Virus record (IMG/VR): IMGVR_UViG_3300012667_000477
Location: 1-38,445 of that record
Strand: one strand, 5' to 3'
DNA: 38,445 bases
Origin: a virus
Taxonomy: Duplodnaviria; Caudoviricetes
Part shown: piece after piece, positions 8,549 through 16,423 of the stretch
Numbering within the stretch: position 1 is the first letter of the stretch
Layout: every line of letters begins with the position of its first letter
The notes under the pieces: generated by a model
What the model saw: the letters and a program-made list of their open reading frames with translations, nothing else
The model's database searches: none
Told to the model about the DNA's origin: nothing
Translations under genes and position numbers: made by a program

Positions 8549-9109
8549 ATGGCAAAGCCAACAAAGAAGCCGCCTAAAACAATTGTCACGCCGATTGAAG
8601 CGCCTGCGGATTGTTATCAGGAAATTCAGGAGCCGCTGCGGGTGCTGGAGCAAACCGAACTCTACCTTTCCCGCATGTACGGTCTAGTTAATGTTTTGCG
8701 CTTTGCTGGCGTGGAGTGGGCTCAAAAGCTTGGGCAGGCAAAGGACGACGTTACACGAAAGGTCAACCGGCCAGACAGGGAAGCCGCAGCTCAAGCTATC
8801 GCCCGTGTCGTGAAAGGTTGGGGAGTATTAGAGCGCAAAGCGCTTGATGCAGGCCTAACAGTGCTGCCGCCCGACATTGTTTCGACGATTTACCGGGGGC
8901 GTGAGGTTTGGATAGTGACTGGCTCTGGATATGACAAGGCAATGGCCCAAGCGCCAGAAGGGGTTGAAACGTTGCATATAGGCGAGCTGCTTGCAGCGTA
9001 TTCTATCGTCGCAGAGCGTGCGCGCATAGAGGCCATTAAGGACGCGTTTCCCGGCGCTCAGCTGGTTTCTGGTACCATACCTGCCGGAGGCGACGAGATT
9101 CCGTTCTAG
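8549..9109 (+). CDS. Hypothetical protein with SSB-like C-terminal tail (GGDEIPF)
   Basis: GGGGAAG RBS; 186 aa; followed by a terminator. Confidence 0.8.
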   Translation: MAKPTKKPPKTIVTPIEAPADCYQEIQEPLRVLEQTELYLSRMYGLVNVLRFAGVEWAQKLGQAKDDVTRKVNRPDREAAAQAIARVVKGWGVLERKALDAGLTVLPPDIVSTIYRGREVWIVTGSGYDKAMAQAPEGVETLHIGELLAAYSIVAERARIEAIKDAFPGAQLVSGTIPAGGDEIPF

Positions 9110-9145
9110 TGGCTTCCTAGAGGCCTTAGCGTCGATTGCATAAAG

Positions 9146-9179
9146 AAACCCCGAAAGCTTTCGCCTCCGGGGTTTTATA
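9146..9179. terminator. Probable bidirectional intrinsic terminator
   Basis: AAACCCCG / CGGGGTTT stem with flanking A- and T-rich tracts, between convergent genes. Confidence 0.7.
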
Positions 9180-9194
9180 TTGCGGCAGCATTGC

Positions 9195-9284
9195 CTACGG
9201 CGTTGCAATCCAGAGAAATAGCAGAGCGCCGACGATTGCACAGAAACCAGCGGCGGCGATTGCCTCTTTGATTGTCTCGTTCAT
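9195..9284 (-). CDS. 29-aa single-pass membrane peptide (not in ORF track)
   Basis: MNETIKEAIAAAGFCAIVGALLFLWIATP; GGAGG RBS and ATGA overlap with the upstream gene. Confidence 0.65.
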   Translation of the reverse strand: MNETIKEAIAAAGFCAIVGALLFLWIATP

Positions 9285-9979
9285 TGCGCGCCCTCCAAAG
9301 CTTTAGCAACTGCCGCAAGTGCTACGGCTTCATAGTCAACAGGTTCAACCTTCGCAGCTGGCGTAGGATTGCCAAAGGCCCAGGATTTAGCAGGTCCAAA
9401 ACGATCCGCAGCAACACGCATCGGCATTAGTATGCCAAAGTATGATAAGCCACTTTCGTCATCATAACCGTTCACGATTGCAGGGTTCTGGCCATTATAG
9501 CAGATCACGGGCTGGCTATGATCTTTGGCGTTGTGAAGTAAAGCGAAAGCTTTCCCGAAGTCTAATACGTATTCAGGGTTGTATTGAGCGGGTTCGTTGC
9601 TGGTCTCTTTAGGTATAATCTGACGCCATTGGGGGAAGGTTCCAACGATTGCGTTTGTGCCCATTGTCTCGCCAACGTACTGGATCGAGATTGCGCCGTT
9701 CTCCCCAAGGGTCAATTCGGCAAAGTCTAAGCCCCTGGCAAGCTTGATTTTTTTGATGAACGCAAGCGGAACGATCACGGAAGCGAACGCTGCATCTGGC
9801 ACAGTCTCGGTCCAGTCCTGCCGCAATACGATTGCGCGATGTCCATCTGTTGCGACCATGAGCAATCCGTCAGTCGAATGCTCTAGGTGAACGCCGTTAA
9901 GATAATAACGCGTTTCTTCCGTGCCAGCGCCGATAGAAACAGCCTTGAGGGCGCGAAGGTTAATGGTGAAGGTTGTCAT
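9281..9979 (-). CDS. DNA polymerase III beta-clamp-like protein (truncated, ~232 aa)
   Basis: ETRYYLNGV, VATDGHR, GTFPQWRQIIP, YNPEYV and ILMPMR match DnaN middle and C-terminal domain motifs; GGAG RBS. Confidence 0.8.
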   Translation of the reverse strand: MTTFTINLRALKAVSIGAGTEETRYYLNGVHLEHSTDGLLMVATDGHRAIVLRQDWTETVPDAAFASVIVPLAFIKKIKLARGLDFAELTLGENGAISIQYVGETMGTNAIVGTFPQWRQIIPKETSNEPAQYNPEYVLDFGKAFALLHNAKDHSQPVICYNGQNPAIVNGYDDESGLSYFGILMPMRVAADRFGPAKSWAFGNPTPAAKVEPVDYEAVALAAVAKALEGAQ

Positions 9980-10049
9980 AATGCTCTCCAGTTGTGTTGC
10001 GCCGTAGCGCGTTGGGGTAGGGTAGGAAGGGGCTTTCACCCCTGTTAGA

Positions 10050-10247
10050 TTAAAGGGAAAGAAACTTCATGCAGGCCGCGAAGGTCCAGTCGTCGTCTGA
10101 AATTCCATCTAGGTAAGTATTATTGGCTGCATCCTGCGCGCTTTTGCGGGCTTGTGCGGCAGTGTCGTCGTCAAGCCCCAATCCATTGCAAGTCCAAATA
10201 TCAAACACGCGGGCGGCAGTTTCGTTGAGGCGGGTTTCGAATTCCAT
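10050..10247 (-). CDS. Small acidic hypothetical protein
   Basis: GGAG RBS; first gene downstream of the promoter at 10290-10319. Confidence 0.65.
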   Translation of the reverse strand: MEFETRLNETAARVFDIWTCNGLGLDDDTAAQARKSAQDAANNTYLDGISDDDWTFAACMKFLSL

Positions 10248-10289
10248 TGTCTTTTCTCCAGTTGCGCCGTAGCGCGTTTCCATGAGTTG

Positions 10290-10319
10290 AATATAGGGCG
10301 AGTCGCCCTGCGCTGGCAA
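10290..10319 (-). promoter_or_regulatory. Sigma70-like promoter with palindromic operator
   Basis: TTGCCA-18 nt-TATATT; AGGGCGAGTCGCCCT palindrome at 10295-10309. Confidence 0.65.
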
Positions 10320-10417
10320 GGATTATTTTATGGTTAAGCTGAATTATTTTTGAGGCTGGCGAGGATTGTGTTAGATAACAATGGGTTATTGAATTTAAAA
10401 AAGAATGGGGACTAGGA

Positions 10418-10855
10418 ATGAGCGCCGATCAAATCCCAAATGGTGAGATTAGAAAGCCGAAACGAAATGCGAAGGGCCAACTATTGCCGGGCGAGAAGCT
10501 GAATGGGTCCGGCTTAGAGCGCTACAAAGCCCGCATGAAGAATCAGCTTGACCAGCTAACGCCGCGTGCGATCGCAAGGCTTGGCCAACTCATTGATTCT
10601 GATAGCGATCAGGTCGCATTAGGTGCCGTCAAAGAAGTCCTCGACCGCAATCTTGGCAAGGTCAAAGCATCCATCGACCTTAAGGTCGAGGCGTCACTAT
10701 CAGACCTGCATCTCCAAGCGCTCGAAGAGCTGGCGAACCGTGCTCACGTCGCACGAGCGGGACGCATGATCGACGTGACGCCAGCGCCCGCATCATCGCC
10801 TACGGCAATGCCAGACTTGATCGAAGCTATTGTCCATAGTGACGATAGTGTTTAG
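10418..10855 (+). CDS. Probable terminase small subunit
   Basis: RNAKGQLLPG N-terminus, helical core (AIARLGQL...EVLDR), LHLQALEEL; located upstream of terL. Confidence 0.6.
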   Translation: MSADQIPNGEIRKPKRNAKGQLLPGEKLNGSGLERYKARMKNQLDQLTPRAIARLGQLIDSDSDQVALGAVKEVLDRNLGKVKASIDLKVEASLSDLHLQALEELANRAHVARAGRMIDVTPAPASSPTAMPDLIEAIVHSDDSV

Positions 10856-11033
10856 CGCGGACGTGGCTATGGAGCTACAGCTTCGTTTGTGCTGGACATG
10901 GACTTGAGCATATACCCCCCCCCCGGTCGGCCGGAGGCGGGGTGCGCTTGCTAATGCTACCCCACCACACCCACACACACTAAATTTCTTATTATAAGGA
11001 CACAATGCCCTACACGACACACAAGATAACACG

Positions 11034-11179
11034 AGCGTAAGCGTTACAAAAAGCGTATCAAAAAGCGTATCAAACGCATCAAACGCGCCAAACGGTCTAC
11101 AGCCAAGCGCGCCGTATCAACACAAACACTATAGTGTTGTGTTGATACGCCCCGCTTTTAGCCCCGAAGCGTATCAAAA
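11034..11179. repeat. Iteron/palindrome element, copy 2
   Basis: 11040-11068 identical to 8368-8396; 11113-11150 identical to 8442-8479; downstream AGCGTATCAAAA at the same spacing. Confidence 0.85.
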
Positions 11180-11279
11180 TGGTGCGACCCCCCTACCCCC
11201 TCCAAAATGCCGGAGGCACACGCTGTAGCAAAAAAATAAAAAATCTTTAATCTATCAAAATTAAGTAGGAGGAGTTGCC

Positions 11280-11486
11280 GTGGAAGAACAGGATGTCGTT
11301 TACGAGACTGTTGTGGTAAAGTCTCAGCGCGCTCAGCTCTGTGACAGTCTGATTGATCTTGCCAAGAGTGTTGACCTTTGCCGTGATCTGGAGGCTCGGG
11401 CGTTTTTGTTGCAGGCGATGAGTTCCGTGGTCTACGAGCTTAATCCGCCGAAGGGGGAACTTCGTGACATCAAAAAATCAAAATAG
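11280..11486 (+). CDS. Hypothetical protein
   Basis: Strong AGGAGGAG RBS before GTG; overlaps terL. Confidence 0.7.
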   Translation: MEEQDVVYETVVVKSQRAQLCDSLIDLAKSVDLCRDLEARAFLLQAMSSVVYELNPPKGELRDIKKSK

Positions 11487-12861
11487 CTTTTCGCTGTTTG
11501 TCGATGCCTACAGAAACGACCCTGTGAGCTTTGTGACTGAGGTGCTTGGGGCGAAGCCTTTGCCGTGGCAGGTCAGCTTTCTTGAGGCGATAGCAAGAGG
11601 CGAGCGGAGAATATCGGTACGAGCTGGGCACGGTGTTGGAAAGTCCACAGCTTGCTCTTGGGCGCTTATCTGGCACATGGTGACTAGGTACCCCCAGAAG
11701 TCGGTTGTCACGGCTCCTACAGCTTCCCAGCTCTTTGACGCGTTGTTCTCTGAGTTGAAGGCGTGGATCAACAAGCTGCCGCCAGCTCTTCAGGAGTTGT
11801 TTGACGTTTTTTCCGACCGCATAAACATGAAGGCGTCGCCAGAGTCTAGCTTCATCTCGGCTAGAACATCATCCGCTGATAGGCCTGAGGCCTTGGCTGG
11901 TGTTCATAGCGAACACGTTCTTCTGGTTGTGGACGAGGCGAGTGCTATCCCGGAGTCTGTGTTTGAAGCTGCCGCAGGCTCGATGTCGGGACACTCCGCC
12001 ACCACAATCTTAATCTCGAACCCTACGCGCAACTCAGGGTTGTTTTACCAGACGCACCATACTCTGGCTTCTGACTGGTTTCGCATCCATGTTTCGTGCG
12101 TGGATAATCCTCTGGTCAGCTCCGACTTCGTGAGGCAGATCAGCACGACCTATGGGGCAGAAAGCAACGCCTTCCGTATTCGCGTTCTAGGGGAGTTTGC
12201 AGCCTCAGACGACGATACCCTTATACCGGCAGCCTTGGTTGACTCTGCCCGGCTCAGGGACGTTCCTACAAGCGCTAGCGACCCTTTGATCTATGGGCTG
12301 GACGTAGCGAGGTTTGGAACCGATAGAACAGCACTTTGCAAGCGCCGTGGCAATGTTGTGCTTGAGATTAAGTCTTGGGGTGGCTTGGACCTGATGCAGA
12401 CTGTTGGTCAGGTTGTGAATGAGGCGAAGTCTGACAAGCCTGACGAGATATGCGTAGATACGATTGGCTTGGGTTCTGGTGTGGCTGACCGTTTGCGCGA
12501 GATGGGCTACAATGTCCGTGACGTGAATGTTTCCGAAAGCTCGGCCATGAACCCTAATGCAAACAAGCTGCGGGACGAGCTGTGGTTGTCTGTGCGTGAT
12601 TGGTTGGACACGAAAGCAGTGAAGCTGCCGCCAAACGAGAACTTGAGGCAAGAGCTTGTCGCGCCTAGGTATAGCTTTACGAGTTCCGGCAAGATTGTGG
12701 TAGAGTCCAAGGACAGCTTGAGAAAGCGTGGTATGCGGTCTCCGGACCTAGCGGACAGCTTATGCTTAAGCTTCGCCGGAGTTGCTGCGGGGGTTGGTGG
12801 TCGGGCTTTGGCTTGGAAGCCGGGTAAGCCCTTGAAGCGCAGGATCGGAGGAATTGTGTGA
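11464..12861 (+). CDS. terL: Terminase large subunit
   Basis: Walker A GHGVGKS, Walker B VVDEAS, ISNP, nuclease GLDVARFGTD, SPDLADS. Confidence 0.93.
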   Translation: MTSKNQNSFSLFVDAYRNDPVSFVTEVLGAKPLPWQVSFLEAIARGERRISVRAGHGVGKSTACSWALIWHMVTRYPQKSVVTAPTASQLFDALFSELKAWINKLPPALQELFDVFSDRINMKASPESSFISARTSSADRPEALAGVHSEHVLLVVDEASAIPESVFEAAAGSMSGHSATTILISNPTRNSGLFYQTHHTLASDWFRIHVSCVDNPLVSSDFVRQISTTYGAESNAFRIRVLGEFAASDDDTLIPAALVDSARLRDVPTSASDPLIYGLDVARFGTDRTALCKRRGNVVLEIKSWGGLDLMQTVGQVVNEAKSDKPDEICVDTIGLGSGVADRLREMGYNVRDVNVSESSAMNPNANKLRDELWLSVRDWLDTKAVKLPPNENLRQELVAPRYSFTSSGKIVVESKDSLRKRGMRSPDLADSLCLSFAGVAAGVGGRALAWKPGKPLKRRIGGIV

Positions 12862-13160
12862 TGGCTAAAACTCCAGCTTGGCAAAGGTCAGAAGGTAAGA
12901 ACCCCAAGGGGGGTCTAAACGCCAAGGGCCGGGCTTCTGCGAAATCTCAAGGAATGGACTTGAAAGCTCCGGTTAAATCTGGTGATAATCCTCGTCGTGC
13001 TTCTTTCCTTGCCCGTATGGGCGGTATGCCGGGGCCAGAGCGTGATGAAAAAGGCAAGCCAACACGTTTACTTTTATCGCTGCAAGCGTGGGGTGCGAGT
13101 TCAAAGGCGGATGCCAAGGCCAAGGCGAAAAATATCTCCGCGCGAAATAAGGGAAAATAG
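12858..13160 (+). CDS. Conserved basic phage protein (DUF6321-like)
   Basis: GGLNAKGRAS...DNPRRASFLARM...LQAWG motif. Confidence 0.75.
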   Translation: MMAKTPAWQRSEGKNPKGGLNAKGRASAKSQGMDLKAPVKSGDNPRRASFLARMGGMPGPERDEKGKPTRLLLSLQAWGASSKADAKAKAKNISARNKGK

Positions 13161-13168
13161 CGTAGTCT

Positions 13169-13197
13169 TTGCGTCAAGTCCTGATGCGTGATAGATT
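13169..13197 (+). promoter_or_regulatory. Possible sigma70-like promoter
   Basis: TTGCGT-17 nt-TAGATT in the intergenic gap. Confidence 0.35.
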
Positions 13198-13224
13198 TCG
13201 CCAAATTCCATAGGAGCTGTAGCC

Positions 13225-13464
13225 ATGTCCGGTCCCGGTGTTCAGGCAAGTATTCCCACTTACGCTGAAGCAATTACGAAGTCCGATACTGTTTCCAACG
13301 CCTTTTCCTACATTTATGTTGGTGGCGCGGGCGATGTTGCAGTCCAGACTGAGGATGGCCAGACTGTGACGTTCACGGCGGTTCCTGTTGGTCAGTACAT
13401 CTGGATTCGGACCCGTAAGGTTCTGGCTGCGACCACTGCAACGAGCCTTGTAGGAATGCGCTAA
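13225..13464 (+). CDS. Head spike base protein-like (RcGTA Rcc01079 family)
   Basis: AITKSD...IYVGGAGDVAV...G.TVTF..VPVG...V.A.TTATSLVG pattern; 79 aa. Confidence 0.65.
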   Translation: MSGPGVQASIPTYAEAITKSDTVSNAFSYIYVGGAGDVAVQTEDGQTVTFTAVPVGQYIWIRTRKVLAATTATSLVGMR

Positions 13465-13865
13465 TGCTTGTCGGGATGCGGTCTACCCTGCTTTCGAGCG
13501 TTCCGGCTGCACCGATTAATGTTGTTGCGCCTTTTGTTTCTGGAACAACTGAGGTTGGCCAAACCCTGTCTGTAACGACCGGCTCTTGGAGCGGTGTTCC
13601 TTATCCGACCTTCGCGTATCAGTGGCGTGCTGGCGGTGTTGATATACCCGGAGAGACGGGTACGACGCTGCTGCTCACCTCTTCCGAGTTGGGCGAGCTG
13701 ATTGACTGCGTTGTGGCGGCTACGAATACCGAAGGGTCTGCATCTCAAGCCTCCAATCAGGTCGGTCCTGTAACAGCCGCCGTGACTGCCAATGCGTTTT
13801 TGCTGGAAAGCGGAGACTACCTACTTCTTGAAACCGGCGATAAACTTCTTCTGGAGCAAGCATAA
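13464..13865 (+). CDS. Ig-like domain virion protein
   Basis: APINVVAPFVSGTTEVGQTL..TTGSW...FAYQW...I.C.V.ATN; C-terminal LLESGDYLLLE repeat. Confidence 0.75.
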   Translation: MLVGMRSTLLSSVPAAPINVVAPFVSGTTEVGQTLSVTTGSWSGVPYPTFAYQWRAGGVDIPGETGTTLLLTSSELGELIDCVVAATNTEGSASQASNQVGPVTAAVTANAFLLESGDYLLLETGDKLLLEQA

Positions 13866-15016
13866 TGGCTGACGAAAAGCTCACAAGTCTCACTGCCCTT
13901 GATGCGTTTGCTTCGGGCGATCTTCTTTATTCCGTCGATGATCCTGCCGGTACGCCTGTTTCCAAGAAGGCAACCATCGATCAGGCGAAGCAGTTTATTG
14001 TTGGCGATGGCTCTGTCTCTGTTGCCTCTGGCAAGACGCTGACCTCTTCCAATACGCTGACGCTGGCGGGCACTGACGGAACAACAATGACGTTCCCGTC
14101 TACGTCTTCCACGGTCGCTGGACTTGGTGTTTCGCAGACCTTCACGGCGACCCAGACGATTACTCCGGCTGTTAACACTTCAGCAGTCATCGGCTCCGGC
14201 TACTCCCTCACCGGCTCCGCAAACGCATCCTTCATGGACCTTGCGGGGACGTGGAACACGTCCGGCACGCCGACTGCTATAAAGCTCAACATCACCGACA
14301 CGGCTTCCAATGCAGCGTCGCTGCTGATGGATTTGCAAGTAGATGGGGCGAGTAGGGTTTTTATTGATAAATCGGGGCGAACATACAGTAAAATTCCCAG
14401 TTCCAACGCATCTACTAATTTTTCTGGGGAACGAAATGCCACAGGTAATTTCCTTGAAGGGCGCTGGGGTGCATCTTTTATCATCTCGGCAGTTGGTGTT
14501 ACCTCAGGGGCGCCTTTTGTCAGAGTTTCGTCGGACGGTATTTTTCAGTGGAATAGTACGACTCTTTCGGTGTCCAGTCCTGACCTAACGCTTCGACGCC
14601 GTGGCACGGCTAACTTGCAACTTGGTGCAGCCGACGCAGCCGCACCTGTAGCCCAGACGCTCTCTGTCCAATCCGTCGTTGCAGGCACCACGAACACCGC
14701 TGGCGCTAACCTCACCATCACGGGCTCGCAGGGCACCGGCACGGGCGCTGGCGGCTCCATCATCTTCCAAGTTGCGCCTGCGGGCGGGTCCGGCACTGCG
14801 CAGAATGCGTTGGCCAGCGCCATGGTTATTGATAGCGCAAAAACCGTTCGTGTTGGTACTGGATATACGGTGGCTACCCTCCCAGCGGCAGGAACAGCGG
14901 GGCGTAGAACCTACGTAACCGACGCAACAGCGCCAACTTTTCTTGGTGCCCTTGTTGGTGGTGGCTCAACTGTTTGCCCTGTGTTTGATAACGGAACTGC
15001 TTGGGTTTCTGCCTGA
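13865..15016 (+). CDS. Fibre/spike-like virion protein (Thr/Ser/Gly/Ala-rich)
   Basis: MADEKLTSLTAL N-terminus; C-terminal TVATLPAAG..GRR.YVTDA...PVFDNGTAW module seen in phage fibres. Confidence 0.72.
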   Translation: MADEKLTSLTALDAFASGDLLYSVDDPAGTPVSKKATIDQAKQFIVGDGSVSVASGKTLTSSNTLTLAGTDGTTMTFPSTSSTVAGLGVSQTFTATQTITPAVNTSAVIGSGYSLTGSANASFMDLAGTWNTSGTPTAIKLNITDTASNAASLLMDLQVDGASRVFIDKSGRTYSKIPSSNASTNFSGERNATGNFLEGRWGASFIISAVGVTSGAPFVRVSSDGIFQWNSTTLSVSSPDLTLRRRGTANLQLGAADAAAPVAQTLSVQSVVAGTTNTAGANLTITGSQGTGTGAGGSIIFQVAPAGGSGTAQNALASAMVIDSAKTVRVGTGYTVATLPAAGTAGRRTYVTDATAPTFLGALVGGGSTVCPVFDNGTAWVSA

Positions 15017-15037
15017 TTCAGCGGATTAGAGGAAAAA

Positions 15038-15406
15038 ATGACCAACACCTATCAATGGGCCGTGAACCAGATGACCGCCTATCCCGAGTACGCGGGCGAA
15101 ACCAACGTCGTCTTCCAAATCTCATGGGTATGTTCAGCAACTGACGGGACATACAACGCAGCGGCTTATGGCACCGTCGATGTCACCTATGTCGCTGGCA
15201 CGCCATACACGCCCTACGACCAGATCACCTTGGAGCAGGCCAATAGCTGGGTGGCGAACGCGCTGGGCGAAGAAGGTATCGCTAAGGCGTATGCGGATTG
15301 CGATGAAGCTATCGCTGCCCAGCAGGTGCCGGATCAGCCTGTAACGCCACCATTGCCTTGGAATGTCCCGACGCCTGCGCCAGAGCCAGAAGAAGAGGCG
15401 GCGTAA
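15038..15406 (+). CDS. Fibre-associated hypothetical protein (possible chaperone)
   Basis: GAGG RBS; YQW...YTPYDQIT...WV...PPLPW pattern; follows a fibre gene. Confidence 0.7.
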   Translation: MTNTYQWAVNQMTAYPEYAGETNVVFQISWVCSATDGTYNAAAYGTVDVTYVAGTPYTPYDQITLEQANSWVANALGEEGIAKAYADCDEAIAAQQVPDQPVTPPLPWNVPTPAPEPEEEAA

Positions 15407-15561
15407 TGAAAAAGCAGGTATGGGATACGCCGGACCCAACAAAGAAGGACAAGAAGCTGTCGCCTAAGCAGAAGTCGTCTGCAAAAGCGATGGCGAAAGC
15501 CGCAGGCAGACCCTATCCAAATTTGGTCGATAACTTACGGGCCGGAAAGAAAAAGAAATAA
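15406..15561 (+). CDS. Small basic conserved phage protein
   Basis: KLSPKQKSSAKAMAKAAGRPYPNLVDN; TAATG overlap. Confidence 0.7.
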   Translation: MKKQVWDTPDPTKKDKKLSPKQKSSAKAMAKAAGRPYPNLVDNLRAGKKKK

Positions 15562-15581
15562 ATCCACTTCGGGAGAGTGAG

Positions 15582-16253
15582 ATGGAAAAGAGCATTACGA
15601 TATGCGTTCCGGCGCGAGATATGGTCAATACCGGTTTTGCAATGGACCTAGCTATGCTGTCCGCTCATACCTATTCTGATATTGCTCCGGGCTACAAGTT
15701 CAACATCAGCATGGTCAGCGGGACGCTGATTGCGGACCAGAGAACCAAGCTGGTTCAGACTGCATTGTCTCAGGGCAGCGACTACATCCTGTTCCTTGAC
15801 AGCGACATGCGGTTTCCGGCTGATTTGGTCTCAAAGCTGGTTAAGCATGACAAAGACATAGTTGCCTGCAACTACGCTACCCGCCGCAAGCCAGTCAAAA
15901 CTGTAGCGTTCAGCGATTTTTCGTCACTACAATGTATATACAGCCATGGCCAAACTGGGCTCGAAGAGGTTGATGCTGTCGGAATGGGGGCCATGCTGAT
16001 TAAGACGAGCGTCTTCAAGAAGCTGCCGATGCCGTGGTTCAACATCAGCTATCTGCCGACCGGAAAGATATACATTGGTGAGGACATATACTTCTGCAAG
16101 CTTACTCAGGCTCATGGGTATACAGTCTACATAGACCATGACCTATCCCAGAGAGTCGGGCACACGGGGTCCATAGACTTCTGGAATCAAGACGCAGAAG
16201 AAACGCGCCAAGAGAATGTTCAAGTTCTGAACAAAGAAGGAGAAACTGCATGA
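15582..16253 (+). CDS. Glycosyltransferase (GT-A / family 2-like)
   Basis: ICVP, YILFLDSDM (DXD), GMGAMLIK..VF, GEDIYFC, VGH motifs. Confidence 0.85.
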   Translation: MEKSITICVPARDMVNTGFAMDLAMLSAHTYSDIAPGYKFNISMVSGTLIADQRTKLVQTALSQGSDYILFLDSDMRFPADLVSKLVKHDKDIVACNYATRRKPVKTVAFSDFSSLQCIYSHGQTGLEEVDAVGMGAMLIKTSVFKKLPMPWFNISYLPTGKIYIGEDIYFCKLTQAHGYTVYIDHDLSQRVGHTGSIDFWNQDAEETRQENVQVLNKEGETA

Positions 16254-16423
16254 AAATGAGCAAGAGCGACAAGATCATGAGCCAGACAATGAGTGAGTAC
16301 AAAGCTGGTAAGCTCAAGTCTGGAATTAATCCCAAGGGGCCGAAGAAAGCTCCAATGGCTAAGTCGCGAGATCAGGCCATTGCCATTGGTTTATCAAAGG
16401 CTGGAAAGTCAAAGAAGAAATGA
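16250..16423 (+). CDS. Small basic protein (DUF6496-like; not in ORF track)
   Basis: MSEYKAGKLKSG...KSRDQAIAIGLSKAG; ATGA overlaps at both ends. Confidence 0.78.
   Translation: MKMSKSDKIMSQTMSEYKAGKLKSGINPKGPKKAPMAKSRDQAIAIGLSKAGKSKKK

Noticed and set aside
11005-11040. Tiny ORF MPYTTHKITRA with an AAGGA RBS-like sequence before element copy 2
   Set aside because: Only 11 codons, no counterpart at copy 1; indistinguishable from chance
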